Under the pieces are notes generated by a model that saw only the letters and a program-made list of their open reading frames with translations, had not been told where the DNA came from and made no database searches. DNA of 64,000 nucleotides from a virus. Made by a program: the position numbers and the translations under genes. Positions 9,686-20,379 of this stretch are shown piece by piece. The stretch is from the IMG/VR virus record IMGVR_UViG_3300048838_001273, positions 14,902-78,901 of that record. One strand, written 5' to 3'. The first letter of the stretch is position 1. Every line of letters begins with the position of its first letter.

Positions 9686-12505
9686 CTATTTTCTATGTTT
9701 TTCCTTAATTTTATTTATTACATCACTAAGTACTGATTCACTGACGTTTGAAGTATAATCTTCGTTATCAATAACCTTTACGATTTCTTTTCTTTTACTC
9801 TCAATCGAAGAAAACACATAATCATCAATGGTATCAGGGAAAATCAACACGTAAATATTAACAGCAGATTTTTGTCCAATTCTATGTAAACGGTCACTAA
9901 CTTGGTCATATTCGCCCACACTATATGGTAGTGTCATTATAAATAACTTACTTGCTGCTGTCAGGGTAAGACCATAATTACAGGTTTGAATTGAACCCAA
10001 AAATCCTTTAATTGTGCTATTAATGTCCTGAAATATTTTAACAATTTCTGCACGTTCTTCAACGCTTTGGTCGCCAGTGTGTAAGGCAGCAACATCTCCA
10101 AGTCGTTCCTTTAATTCATATAGGCTTTCCTTGAAGAAATCTACAACCACCACCTTTTCTCCGGTTTCAAATATGTTTTCAATTAATTCAATAACATGCT
10201 TTATCTTCAATTGTGCCAAGTATTGTCTTAAACGAATCATGGTAGTCAATGGATTACCAGTGGGATGAATTACAAATTCATTTGCAACACCTGCTTCAAT
10301 TTCATTATAAATTTTAGCTTCCTCATCAGTCATTTCCAATATAATACGCTGATATGTTTTATCTGGAAGGTCGGTAAGTACTTCGAATTTTCTTTTTCTA
10401 TGTGTATATGGCGCAATTTTATGATAAAGTTCTTCAAGTTTTTGTTCCATACTATCGGTAATATAACCCCAACCACCATACACATCATATGTCATTCCGC
10501 AATAATATTCGTAAAAATATTTCTTTGTTGCGAAGTCAACGGGCGATATTTGATTTAAAACCGTGTATAATTCGTATGCTCTATTCGGTGCAGGAGTACC
10601 GGATAAGAAAATCTTACTTTCTTTATTGTTCTTAAAAATATCTTTTTTAAAAGTAGATTTGAAGTTTTTAAATGTATTTGCCTTGGTGTTCTTTAATTTC
10701 TGACTTTCATCACAAATAACAGCATCAATCTCACCGATTTTTAACTTTTTCCATTTAGTTAGGAATTTTTCTTTACTTGAGGGATTAAAGAAGTCATAAT
10801 TAAGTATTACATACTTTGCATCTTCAATACCACAAGTATTTTTCTTCCAGTTTACAATATGTGCATTACTATTTGTAAACTTCTGTACCTCATTATAAAA
10901 GTTAAATTTAAGTGAGTTAGGTGTTACTACCACTACTTTCTCAAAACCATTCATTTCAACGTAAAGAATGCTTGAAAGTGTATTGTGTGTTAAAATACAA
11001 TTATTAGTACAATATAAATGGTCATCACTATCAATTAAAATACATTGTGCTTCCATTTTTCCAACATATTTAACATCAACAATTGCTCTGTTCGGTGGAT
11101 ATTTTGTTGTAGCAACAAAGGTTTTAATTTTTCTTTCAAGTTTAAATGGAATAAATTGTGCTGGTAATTTTATATGTAATCTATAATATAATCTATTTTC
11201 ACCTTTATATTTAACCCATTTTTCTGTTAATCTGCCAATACCACCTAACGATTGTACTATAAATTGCACATCATTAATTAATTGTTTTGATGCCAAGGTT
11301 AGTTCAACTATTGAATCTTTTCTTGAATGTCCGTCTGTATCTAAGATACCTTGTAGTATTTCAAGTCTTTGGTGTATTGATGAAAACTTATAATCATTTG
11401 GGATATATTTTGTATGTGAATTACTACCTTTCAATCCATATTTCTTCAATTCTTGATTTATGAGATTATTTTTACCATCGGCAGTTAAATAATAATCTTT
11501 TACTGACTTACCATTAATTACCATATTATGATTTTCAGGTAACCGCAATGACATTTCATTAATTAATTCTACATCCATAGAAGAAAAACCAATACCATTC
11601 AAAACAGTCAGAGACCCATCACCCAATAAACAACCTAAAATATATGGGTCGATTTTCAACTCTCTTTCTTCAAATTCTATTGGCTTAACAATTGGTATAT
11701 ACCACTTATTATTACCATTCTCGAATTGTAAACCTTCATCCATAATTTCTCTGAGAGTTTTCGTCATAAATGGGTTTCCACGCCAATTACGAATATAAGT
11801 ATTCACATTCCAAAGATGCTCATCACATGAACGTGCAGTAACACCATCATTAAATGTGATTTCATAAATATCTTTTAATCCCTGTGGATATACACCTAAA
11901 ACCTTCTTAGGCTTACCATCGCTACCAATCACGAAATCATCAATTTTGATATCACCCATTCTAACCAAACCATTTGGTGTAACCAATTTAGAATCAAGTG
12001 GTTCGGCTTTACCCAATCCCATTTCATGGGAAATCAGCGTGTTACGGGTAACGTTCATGAACATTCCGGCAACAATTTGATGTGGATAGAGTTTTACATC
12101 TTCTCTTAATAAAGCATGACATTTTTCAGAGTACTGAACATATGTTTCTTCGAGTTCTTTTTTATATTGTACCCAATGTTCTTTCTTTATGTTAAGGTCT
12201 GCAATAAATTTGCGTTTTTCTTCTTCCCTGACCTCAATTTTCCTGATTTGCTGAATAAAAACTTTACGACTGTCTTCATTGCCGAAATCAAAATGAATTT
12301 TATTTGAACCCTTGTATTTCTTGATTATTGCAAATAAGGAAGGTGTAGTAACTTCCCATGCCATAGCTGCAGGACTCCATTTACGGGTTTCATCCGGGAG
12401 TTCTTTAATGCGTGCAATTAACTGGTCATTGGGTGAAAAACGAACGTAATACGCTAATCTTCTTGGTATTCTTTCGCAATGCACTACAAAAATTGGTTCA
12501 AGCAT
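9686..12505 (-). CDS. SNF2/SWI2-family (HARP-like) helicase containing an intein
   Basis: LYPHQ, HEMGLGK|T (Walker A split by the intein), ICDESQ, LSGTP..N, GLTLTAAS, QVSDRLHRIGQ. Confidence 0.9.
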   Translation of the reverse strand: MLEPIFVVHCERIPRRLAYYVRFSPNDQLIARIKELPDETRKWSPAAMAWEVTTPSLFAIIKKYKGSNKIHFDFGNEDSRKVFIQQIRKIEVREEEKRKFIADLNIKKEHWVQYKKELEETYVQYSEKCHALLREDVKLYPHQIVAGMFMNVTRNTLISHEMGLGKAEPLDSKLVTPNGLVRMGDIKIDDFVIGSDGKPKKVLGVYPQGLKDIYEITFNDGVTARSCDEHLWNVNTYIRNWRGNPFMTKTLREIMDEGLQFENGNNKWYIPIVKPIEFEERELKIDPYILGCLLGDGSLTVLNGIGFSSMDVELINEMSLRLPENHNMVINGKSVKDYYLTADGKNNLINQELKKYGLKGSNSHTKYIPNDYKFSSIHQRLEILQGILDTDGHSRKDSIVELTLASKQLINDVQFIVQSLGGIGRLTEKWVKYKGENRLYYRLHIKLPAQFIPFKLERKIKTFVATTKYPPNRAIVDVKYVGKMEAQCILIDSDDHLYCTNNCILTHNTLSSILYVEMNGFEKVVVVTPNSLKFNFYNEVQKFTNSNAHIVNWKKNTCGIEDAKYVILNYDFFNPSSKEKFLTKWKKLKIGEIDAVICDESQKLKNTKANTFKNFKSTFKKDIFKNNKESKIFLSGTPAPNRAYELYTVLNQISPVDFATKKYFYEYYCGMTYDVYGGWGYITDSMEQKLEELYHKIAPYTHRKRKFEVLTDLPDKTYQRIILEMTDEEAKIYNEIEAGVANEFVIHPTGNPLTTMIRLRQYLAQLKIKHVIELIENIFETGEKVVVVDFFKESLYELKERLGDVAALHTGDQSVEERAEIVKIFQDINSTIKGFLGSIQTCNYGLTLTAASKLFIMTLPYSVGEYDQVSDRLHRIGQKSAVNIYVLIFPDTIDDYVFSSIESKRKEIVKVIDNEDYTSNVSESVLSDVINKIKEKHRK
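10982..12007 (-). mobile_element. Class 3 intein with LAGLIDADG homing endonuclease (342 aa)
   Basis: Starts with Ala (AEPLDS) after GLGK and ends THN before Thr+1; block B CDEHLW, block F AQCI, block G LTHN; LAGLIDADG motifs LGCLLGDGS and LQGILDTDGH. Confidence 0.88.
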
Positions 12506-12524
12506 AATAAATTACAATATCATG

Positions 12525-12554
12525 CAAAGATAGTTAAAAAAATATGATTGTCAA
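12525..12554 (-). promoter_or_regulatory. Bacteroidota-type sigma-A promoter for the SNF2-QueC-PolB unit
   Basis: TTG-N19-TATCTTTG matches the -33/-7 consensus TTTG...TAnnTTTG. Confidence 0.7.
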
Positions 12555-12557
12555 GGA

Positions 12558-12974
12558 TTATACTACAGTTGTTTTTGTTAAACTGTCAGAAATTATAATA
12601 TCGATATAACCATTGGTGGGTAATGTAATTTTACCACATTTACCATCACCCAAGAAGTCTACCTTAAATTCACCCTGATATCTGCCGTTCTTTTTTGTGT
12701 CTTTTAATTTAAAACGATATACGAGAGTATATTCTATTTCATCCGGGAATTCCGGTCTATTTTTGTTAATAACAAGATTTGCTGGTGCATTGGCTATACG
12801 ATATAACCCATTATCTACATCAACCATTGAAAAAGTCACGGCACAATTTTCAAGCATGTCCTCAGAAATATCATACATCTCCCTTACCTTTTGAATAAGT
12901 GGATATTTCAATTCGGGAAGTGTGCTATCCTTCTTTATGAAAAATTTGTTTATATTAAATGTTGAGTAATTCAT
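12558..12974 (-). CDS. Putative virion protein (BppU N-terminal-like Ig fold)
   Basis: FFIKKDSTLP..VTFSM..YRFK..DT..GRYQGEFKV pattern typical of baseplate-upper-like domains. Confidence 0.45.
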   Translation of the reverse strand: MNYSTFNINKFFIKKDSTLPELKYPLIQKVREMYDISEDMLENCAVTFSMVDVDNGLYRIANAPANLVINKNRPEFPDEIEYTLVYRFKLKDTKKNGRYQGEFKVDFLGDGKCGKITLPTNGYIDIIISDSLTKTTVV

Positions 12975-13360
12975 TATCCCAATTCTTCATTTGGCATGTG
13001 TGACATTAATTTTTCTCTATCAGCTTTGAGTGCATTAACTCTTTTCTTTGCAGTTGCACCAACACCATCCCCAATTAAACCCATCATAAGTGCTTCGAAA
13101 TTCGTAAGTGGATGTCCAACGAATTCAATGTAAAATCTAAAGAAAATATATGTAAATAAAACTGTTGTTAAATATCTTTTCCAGTTATCTCCGAGCCAGA
13201 ATTTCCAACTCCATTTTTTTGGTGTATGTGTACTTTGAACATCACGCCCTGTGGTTTCAGTTAAACCATAAATAACATATCCTATGATTAAAAACCACGC
13301 ATAACCAAATAGTTCAATCCAAGTATATTCACCAAAAATAATTTTAAAAATTTCATCCAT
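12974..13360 (-). CDS. Small membrane protein, holin candidate
   Basis: 128 aa with 2-3 hydrophobic segments and a charged C-terminus. Confidence 0.45.
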   Translation of the reverse strand: MDEIFKIIFGEYTWIELFGYAWFLIIGYVIYGLTETTGRDVQSTHTPKKWSWKFWLGDNWKRYLTTVLFTYIFFRFYIEFVGHPLTNFEALMMGLIGDGVGATAKKRVNALKADREKLMSHMPNEELG

Positions 13361-13385
13361 TGTTTCCGCTTTAATATAAATACAA

Positions 13386-13649
13386 TTATTTTATCTTATT
13401 GCCACCTTTAATTCTTCCTTTATTTGGAATAATTTTATTTCTATCATCCATATTTAATTCAAAATCATAATTTACATCTATTGATAACTTATAACCATTA
13501 CCACCTGATTTAATATAAACTTCTTTAATTATTGGTTGATAATCAATTTCTTCAATTGTTATTTTAGTGCCGTTATCAAGATACATTTCTTGACCTATAA
13601 GTGTTTCTCTTAACAGAAGTTCTATAAAATTTGTTCTAATCTTTGCCAT
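13386..13649 (-). CDS. Hypothetical protein
   Basis: 87 aa ORF in a tightly packed operon. Confidence 0.55.
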   Translation of the reverse strand: MAKIRTNFIELLLRETLIGQEMYLDNGTKITIEEIDYQPIIKEVYIKSGGNGYKLSIDVNYDFELNMDDRNKIIPNKGRIKGGNKIK

Positions 13650-13654
13650 AAAAA

Positions 13655-14380
13655 TTATAATATAAAGTTTTCATACTTATCATAAACACCCCAAACAAAC
13701 ACATTTTTCATTGCAAGAATAAATTCATCCCAAGTTCCTTGTAATAATACATAACTATTTTCCCTTAAACCTTGTCCGGCAAATGCATTTGTCGATTCAA
13801 TATAATCCATGATACCGTCTTTCTTATCACCATAATTAATACCTAATCTACCCATATCATGATATGCGAACACCAGAGGTTCAACAGTATTAAGTAGGTC
13901 TTCCGCATCATCAAAACTCAGGTATTGTGGTACAATGAATTTAACATAAAACCATCTCTGTCTACATGAAGCAGTAATGTTTCCATGATGTTTATGCCAT
14001 TCCAATAATATATAACCCTGTGCTTGTTGCAAAGACATACCTTTGGTTGTCATTAAAAAAATTACTGCACTTGTGGCATCTGGATATGCATAATATTTAA
14101 TACACAAATCTTTTTCTGTGTTTGTTAAACCAGTCCAACCAACTTCCATCGCAATTGTCTTAATTGCACATTTATATGCAAAATAATCGTTGGCGACTAA
14201 ACTCCCATATTTATCCCAATTCGCAATTGAACTAATGTCAACATATCCTGTTGGCATCGTGTCACCACTATAAATCATTCTGAATGGTTCGTTGCCGTTT
14301 AGTTGTTCTGATGTCCAACTATCCAAATCAACCCCAATGATTTCATCACCTATTTTATATGCCAATAAATATCTTTTCAT
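13655..14380 (-). CDS. Hypothetical protein (tail cluster)
   Basis: 241 aa ORF abutting the fibre genes. Confidence 0.6.
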   Translation of the reverse strand: MKRYLLAYKIGDEIIGVDLDSWTSEQLNGNEPFRMIYSGDTMPTGYVDISSIANWDKYGSLVANDYFAYKCAIKTIAMEVGWTGLTNTEKDLCIKYYAYPDATSAVIFLMTTKGMSLQQAQGYILLEWHKHHGNITASCRQRWFYVKFIVPQYLSFDDAEDLLNTVEPLVFAYHDMGRLGINYGDKKDGIMDYIESTNAFAGQGLRENSYVLLQGTWDEFILAMKNVFVWGVYDKYENFIL

Positions 14381-14381
14381 G

Positions 14382-15707
14382 TTATATTAATGAACTTGTT
14401 TTTAATAATGTTAAATATCTATTTGTTGATGTTGCAGTACCAGTAGAAGTTCTCCATCTGATTTCAACGGTTGCTGTTGTTCCTAATGTTATTGGATAAC
14501 CAGCAATAACGTGAGTGGCTGCAACATTACCTTGTGTTGCACCTCTTCTAAACATCATTTCACTATTGGTTTGAGCAACACCACCAATATAAATTGTTGT
14601 ATAAATTTGAGCATTTGAACTACCATGCTGCACCCAATTACCATAATTAAGTAAATAAGTACCTGCTGGTACATTTGTTATTTGCATGCCGGTTTGTAAT
14701 GTATCTGTTGTGCTTGTTGTTGTTGCTGCACCAGCACTTGTAGCATTTAAAACTACCATTGGGTGTGTATCAACAAATTGTTTATCAACAAGTGTTCTGT
14801 CATCATAACTACCACTTAAATCTGTTGAATATTTCGCCAGTCCTGCCATATTGGTTGCGCCAGCAATACCCACACCACCAGCAACAGTTAAAGCACCTGT
14901 TGTCGGTGATACAGATGCTGTTGTCATTGGTACGATTGCTGTGGTGTCCGTTATTCTTAATTTTTCAACAGTATCAACAGTTCTTCTTCTGATTGAAAAT
15001 GCATCATTTGGTGTTGTATCTCCATCCAAATACATGTCCCACCAAGCATTACCTGCGGTAGTTGGTGTATTACCTGTGCCCCAAACGAATTCAACAGCAG
15101 GGTCTCCACCAACACCACCAACTCTCCAAACACGAATGACGGCATTTGTATCAATTAGCGATAATGTGCGAGGTACGTTCCCCGGTGTGTTTCCCCTTAA
15201 TCTATCTACATTAACTGAATCACCAAAAGCAACTTTACCAAGACCCAACAATCCCAAATTATCGTTCGAAACTAAACCAGTTAATCCGCTTGTATTGAAG
15301 TAAAGAATATTATCAACAGTATTAACAATAAAAACTGGATTAATGCCGTCAACTACATTAAAATTACCTGTCATAGTATCACCACTCCGATTAACCTTAG
15401 TGTTTTCTAAATTAATTATTGCTGTTGTTGTGTTTCCACTGAAATCAGTAAAAATATCATAAGTAACACTATCTTCAGATGTTGGTGGTGGCGAAATTTC
15501 CTTAACATATTCATTAACTGTTTGTTCTGTATTAAAAACAATAGTTCCACCACTCTCTCTATATAAATAAAGAGGTTGAATATCTGGAATAAAGAAATCG
15601 ATTAAAATCTCACCAGTATCTGGTGGCAAAGGAGCAAAACTATTATTGCTCCTTGCTACCAAAGTATTATTATATTCAGTATTATATAGAAAATATTCTA
15701 ACGCCAT
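14382..15707 (-). CDS. Tail fibre-like structural protein
   Basis: Thr/Gly-rich; KVNRSGDTMTG and TTGALTVAGGVGI fibre motifs; N-terminus paralogous to 15715..18876. Confidence 0.65.
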   Translation of the reverse strand: MALEYFLYNTEYNNTLVARSNNSFAPLPPDTGEILIDFFIPDIQPLYLYRESGGTIVFNTEQTVNEYVKEISPPPTSEDSVTYDIFTDFSGNTTTAIINLENTKVNRSGDTMTGNFNVVDGINPVFIVNTVDNILYFNTSGLTGLVSNDNLGLLGLGKVAFGDSVNVDRLRGNTPGNVPRTLSLIDTNAVIRVWRVGGVGGDPAVEFVWGTGNTPTTAGNAWWDMYLDGDTTPNDAFSIRRRTVDTVEKLRITDTTAIVPMTTASVSPTTGALTVAGGVGIAGATNMAGLAKYSTDLSGSYDDRTLVDKQFVDTHPMVVLNATSAGAATTTSTTDTLQTGMQITNVPAGTYLLNYGNWVQHGSSNAQIYTTIYIGGVAQTNSEMMFRRGATQGNVAATHVIAGYPITLGTTATVEIRWRTSTGTATSTNRYLTLLKTSSLI

Positions 15708-15714
15708 TCATTAA

Positions 15715-18700
15715 TTATTGTAATGTATTTTTCTTTTTAATTGAAATACTACCACTTAATTGTGTTGTTGCCGTACCAGTTTGAGCGGTTCTAAATCCAC
15801 TCAACACAATAATATCATTTGCAGTCAACGTTACAACTGCAGACGCTAAGTTTACACTACCAGCAGCACCAGTTCTATTTGCCATACCCGCAGCAGCAGT
15901 CACATTAAGTGTTGTCGCACCGTTTAATGTGACATTTCCACCAATACTAATATTACTATTAGAATTAATAACAAACGGTATATTGTAACTAATCTCATAA
16001 CTGCCTGTTTCAAGAACTTTTATATTAGTTCCACCTGTCCATTCATATAACGAACCGCTAAGTGTTTGAGAATGCCATATAATTCCTGTTGGAGCGACAG
16101 TATTAATATTTGTTCCACCTGTGTGAACCAAGAATATCTCATTTGCACTTGTGCTTGCTGTGTAACCAGTAAATATTGTTGTATCGAGTTTTGTATCGGT
16201 TACACCTGAAATATAGTCAATATCATCTTCAATACCAGATAATCTTGTTTCGGTATCTCCAGTATAAGTATTAAAATCCGTTATTAATAACCTATTATCT
16301 GTTTCACCACTAATATAATCGATATCATCTTCAATACCGGATAATCTGGTTTCAGTATCTCCAGTATATGTGTTGAATACAGAAACATCAAGTTTTGTTG
16401 CGGTTAAACCAGTAACATCGCTTTCAAGGTTACTAATATCGGTTTCAATACCCTGTAATCTGGTTTCTGTAGTACCCGTATATGAATTGAAAACACTTGC
16501 ATTGAGTTTACTATTTAATGCAGTTGCAAGTGTACCACTTGTGATATCAACATTGAATGTATTACCAGTCCAAACAATCGAATTACCAGCAAGACTTGCA
16601 CCATCAACCGCAATTGTCTGACCAGTAATTCCAATACCAACACCTGCCTGTAAATCAAGAGGTGAACTAAATAAGGTAAATGTTAATGGAGTTGTCCCAA
16701 CAATAATTGGATTTGGTGTTACCAGTACCCAAATTGTGTTCTCGTACTCAGTACCATATAAAACAGGTATTAAATTACCATCAGTTACTTCACCATCAGG
16801 ATTGCCATTAAAGTCATCTGAACGCACAAAATCATTTGTTGCTAACGTATAAACATATATACCGTTCTCACTTGCAAGTGTTTGCTGTGTAATTAAAACT
16901 CTATCACCATCAAGTAAAGTGTAACCATCAATGCTACCAGTAAATGTTGCACCTGTAAGGTCAATATTACCATCAACAGTTGTAGTTGCTGCCTTAACAT
17001 TTGCTTTTGGAATCAAACCACTTGCAACACTATCAACATATGCTTTATCAACTAAGGAACGATTTTGGAATGTTCCACTATAATCATCAGCATATTGAAT
17101 ACCACGTGGTGTTGCACGGTCATCGGTAATTAATAGTGTAGTTTCGCCAACCTCAATTTTTGTAACAGGTGTTGAAGTACTGTCATTACCCTGTATTTTA
17201 ACAACACCACCATCGCTTTCGATATTTATCCCACCCACACCGTTAGCATCAATAAGGTTAATTGCACCTACCGATTGTAAGGTGATATTATCAACATTAA
17301 TTGTAAAATCATGAGTTAAACCACTAATTACAGTATCTTCAGTAAGTGTACCACCAAGTTTAACATCTTTACTTCCAGACTTGCTTAAACCATTGGTTGC
17401 ACCTGTAATATTTATAAGACTTTCATTAAATAGTTCAGTAACATCATCTTCAAGGTCACCAATTCTGGTTTCAGTTGCACCAGTATAGATATTAAATGTA
17501 CTTATATCGAGTTTATTTGCTATTTGTGCACTTAAACCCGATGTTAAACCTGTTACATAAGCAGCATCAACAAGCGAACGAGCAACAAAATTTGGACTGT
17601 AATTCGCAAGATATTCAATACCAGCAAATCCACTATCACCATTAGCAATTATTCTACCGTTATTACATATTTGAAGTTGTGCATTATCACCACCAGCAAT
17701 ATTGTATGCACATAAACTAATTGTCAGATTAGTTTGAGTAATTAAAGTACCACAAGAATTATTAACAGTGTTTTGATTTAAAGTTAACACACTTGGTTGT
17801 ATGTCAATTGAACTATTACCAAATGCATCATTACCCAATGTATATAAACCATCTGAATGTATTACTGTGCTAAAAGTAGTACCAGTATCTTTAAATGTAA
17901 GACTTCTGCTTGGATTTAATGTTATTGTCGTATTTGTATCAATATTTCCACCTAAACCAATATCTGCACCATAAACACTTAAACCACGTGTAGCACCAGT
18001 AATTGTTCCAGCACCACCTGTTTGTCCACTAATAATCAGATTATCAGCATCACCACTAAGACTTAATCCACCTAAAACACTAATTGATTTAAGCGTTATG
18101 TTTCTTCCCGAAGTACTACCTAAAGTAGTTCCAGTTCCCAAATTGGTTACTCCTGTAAGAGCAGCATCGAGAATTGGCTGAGTATTACCAGTATATGTAT
18201 TGAATACTGATACATCGAGTTTACTTGTAGTTAAACCGGAAGTAACACCACTTAAATAATCAATATCTTCATCAATTGCTTCTAACCATTGTTCAGTACT
18301 TGCTGTATATCCAGTGAAAACGCTTTCATCGAGTTTGGCATTTAGAGCATTCTGTAAATCTGTTTGATTTGAAAGTGTTCCTGTAATATCACCCCAATTA
18401 ACTGTTGTTCCTGATGGAACTACCGAATAAATTGTTATTGTGTTACCGTCTTCAAAAACCTGAGTACCACCACTACCAACAAATGTGAGGTCTGTACCAC
18501 CAGTTAATTGTGCAATGCTGAATCCACTGTCTTCAATATTACCGTCAGCAGTGAAAATAGGTACTTGACCTGTTGCACCAGTAACAGTATCAATTTTAGT
18601 TTCAGTTATACCAGTTACCTGACCATATGTTACCAAATCATCAGGTGATGGTGGTGGTGCAATGTGTTGACTATACGCACTAATGTTTGAATCGGTGTTT

Positions 18701-18876
18701 GGTACTACATCTGTGCCACCAGTTACTCTCCAAAGAAACACTGGTTGAATCTCAGGGATTACGAAATTCGAAAATAATGATGCTTCATTAACTCCGGGAT
18801 TGTTTGTAGCACTTTCTCTTACAATTGTTTCTGCGTAAGTTGTGCCCGTGCTGTAAATTAAATATCTAAATGCCAT
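15715..18876 (-). CDS. Long tail fibre-like protein with C1q/BclA-like C-terminal head
   Basis: 1053 aa; FNTYTG/IEDDIDY heptad-like repeats, TGATNGL..KLGG modules and a YVDSVASGL..GDRVL..ENGIYV fibre domain. Confidence 0.7.
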   Translation of the reverse strand: MAFRYLIYSTGTTYAETIVRESATNNPGVNEASLFSNFVIPEIQPVFLWRVTGGTDVVPNTDSNISAYSQHIAPPPSPDDLVTYGQVTGITETKIDTVTGATGQVPIFTADGNIEDSGFSIAQLTGGTDLTFVGSGGTQVFEDGNTITIYSVVPSGTTVNWGDITGTLSNQTDLQNALNAKLDESVFTGYTASTEQWLEAIDEDIDYLSGVTSGLTTSKLDVSVFNTYTGNTQPILDAALTGVTNLGTGTTLGSTSGRNITLKSISVLGGLSLSGDADNLIISGQTGGAGTITGATRGLSVYGADIGLGGNIDTNTTITLNPSRSLTFKDTGTTFSTVIHSDGLYTLGNDAFGNSSIDIQPSVLTLNQNTVNNSCGTLITQTNLTISLCAYNIAGGDNAQLQICNNGRIIANGDSGFAGIEYLANYSPNFVARSLVDAAYVTGLTSGLSAQIANKLDISTFNIYTGATETRIGDLEDDVTELFNESLINITGATNGLSKSGSKDVKLGGTLTEDTVISGLTHDFTINVDNITLQSVGAINLIDANGVGGINIESDGGVVKIQGNDSTSTPVTKIEVGETTLLITDDRATPRGIQYADDYSGTFQNRSLVDKAYVDSVASGLIPKANVKAATTTVDGNIDLTGATFTGSIDGYTLLDGDRVLITQQTLASENGIYVYTLATNDFVRSDDFNGNPDGEVTDGNLIPVLYGTEYENTIWVLVTPNPIIVGTTPLTFTLFSSPLDLQAGVGIGITGQTIAVDGASLAGNSIVWTGNTFNVDITSGTLATALNSKLNASVFNSYTGTTETRLQGIETDISNLESDVTGLTATKLDVSVFNTYTGDTETRLSGIEDDIDYISGETDNRLLITDFNTYTGDTETRLSGIEDDIDYISGVTDTKLDTTIFTGYTASTSANEIFLVHTGGTNINTVAPTGIIWHSQTLSGSLYEWTGGTNIKVLETGSYEISYNIPFVINSNSNISIGGNVTLNGATTLNVTAAAGMANRTGAAGSVNLASAVVTLTANDIIVLSGFRTAQTGTATTQLSGSISIKKKNTLQ
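16190..16510 (-). repeat. Intragenic ~102-bp (34 aa) tandem repeats
   Basis: FN(S/T)YTG(D/T)TETRL(S/Q)GIE unit three times; two copies are nearly identical at DNA level. Confidence 0.75.
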
Positions 18877-18891
18877 TTTTTTGTGTTTTTC

Positions 18892-20025
18892 TTATATTAT
18901 TCTGTTTATTTTTATCCATGTTCCATTTCCTAAAGTATATACAGCACCCGAATTTCCAATTCTGAATGCCATTAATTCAAGATAATCACCACTTAATAGT
19001 GCTTCCATATATTCTGGCATTACATTGGTACTTGAATCATTGATATTATTCAAATTGAATGATGCCATACTCATTGGAGTTATATCTGTATTTCCGTTTT
19101 TTCTGATAACAGTACCAATATTTTTTGCACTGCTTGTATCATTATTAACATTTAAAACATATGAAATACCATATAAACCATCTTCTTGTATATAAATACG
19201 AGAACCACCCGTAAAACTCAAAGAAGTTCCAGTTGTACCCGTTGTCCAGATAATTGCACTTGCCACAATGTTATTTACGTTTACACCACCAACAGTATCA
19301 AGTAATCTTATTGCCTTTGGTAGTTTTACATTGATAGTATTTCCTGTTGTAATTTCAATACCTGTTCCCGGAATCAATAAATCCTGTTTTGCTTGAATTA
19401 AAAGCAAAGTTTGTCCACTATATGTATTAAAATTAGATTTTGCTAAATACGTATTAGGAATTGTTGTGCCAGAAAACGTATTAAAATCAGATTTTGCTAA
19501 ATACGTATTAGGTGCAGTTATTCCGGTATATGTATTGAATGCAATTTTTGATGCAAATTGGTTTGGTGCTGTATTGCCCGTATAGTCAGCAAATGCAGAT
19601 ATGTCAACTTTAGCACCAATATCACTTAAATAAGCTATTGTGCCATTAGAATTTTGAATCGTTAATTTCCTAAAAGTGTTTGTACTAATACCGGATGTTG
19701 TGAACATCACACCTTTTGTGCTGTCAACACTATCATATATTTGAAAATTATCTGATTTGAAATAATCGGGCGTATCACCAAGAAACCTCCACACACTGCC
19801 TGTTGAGAAGTAAAATCCAGAAGATTTTCTATTTAAAACATAATTACCACTTCCAGAGCGAACAACATAAATTTGACCACTGGCTGAACCTGCTGCTGGT
19901 AATTCCGAAAAAGTATTAACTTGAGGATATGTTGAACCGCTTGTGGGTGTGCTACCACTTCCAGAGAAATCCCCGTTAAATAAATATATGTTACCAGTTA
20001 ATAAATCTACTGTAAAGGTTGCCAT
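18892..20025 (-). CDS. Fibre-like protein with C1q/BclA-like C-terminal domain
   Basis: 18-aa repeats (PNTYLAKSxFNTxSG); C-terminus similar to that of 15715..18876. Confidence 0.6.
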   Translation of the reverse strand: MATFTVDLLTGNIYLFNGDFSGSGSTPTSGSTYPQVNTFSELPAAGSASGQIYVVRSGSGNYVLNRKSSGFYFSTGSVWRFLGDTPDYFKSDNFQIYDSVDSTKGVMFTTSGISTNTFRKLTIQNSNGTIAYLSDIGAKVDISAFADYTGNTAPNQFASKIAFNTYTGITAPNTYLAKSDFNTFSGTTIPNTYLAKSNFNTYSGQTLLLIQAKQDLLIPGTGIEITTGNTINVKLPKAIRLLDTVGGVNVNNIVASAIIWTTGTTGTSLSFTGGSRIYIQEDGLYGISYVLNVNNDTSSAKNIGTVIRKNGNTDITPMSMASFNLNNINDSSTNVMPEYMEALLSGDYLELMAFRIGNSGAVYTLGNGTWIKINRII

Positions 20026-20084
20026 TAAATATACTTTTTAATAAATACTTACGAGAAACGTTTTATCGGAAAGCAGATAAAAAT

Positions 20085-20110
20085 AAAAAGGGGAATTTTT
20101 ATCCCCCTTA
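20085..20110 (-). terminator. Intrinsic terminator
   Basis: AAGGGGGAT-AAAA-ATTCCCCTT followed by a T-tract after the 79 aa gene. Confidence 0.6.
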
Positions 20111-20347
20111 CATTTTATATGTGTACGATAATCGGTCGTCCCAGACATATTTAAAGTCTTGTTTACCGTCTGGATATCCGAAATGCCAAACACTTCCAAT
20201 TTTCCAAATTCTCCTTATTCTCCAATGTGGTTTGCTTGGGTCTTTGAAATTATTTGAAATTCCAATATAATATTCAGTTGCCGATAATTCGTCAATTAGC
20301 ATTATTGGGTCTCTAACCCTATCTTGTACATTAAAATCGTTTAACAT
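20108..20347 (-). CDS. Small hypothetical virion-associated protein
   Basis: 79 aa with YYIG..PHWRIRRI..YVWDDRLSYTY; own late motif and terminator. Confidence 0.6.
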   Translation of the reverse strand: MLNDFNVQDRVRDPIMLIDELSATEYYIGISNNFKDPSKPHWRIRRIWKIGSVWHFGYPDGKQDFKYVWDDRLSYTYKM

Positions 20348-20379
20348 TTTTTGTTTTACTATAAATACTGAAAATTTTC

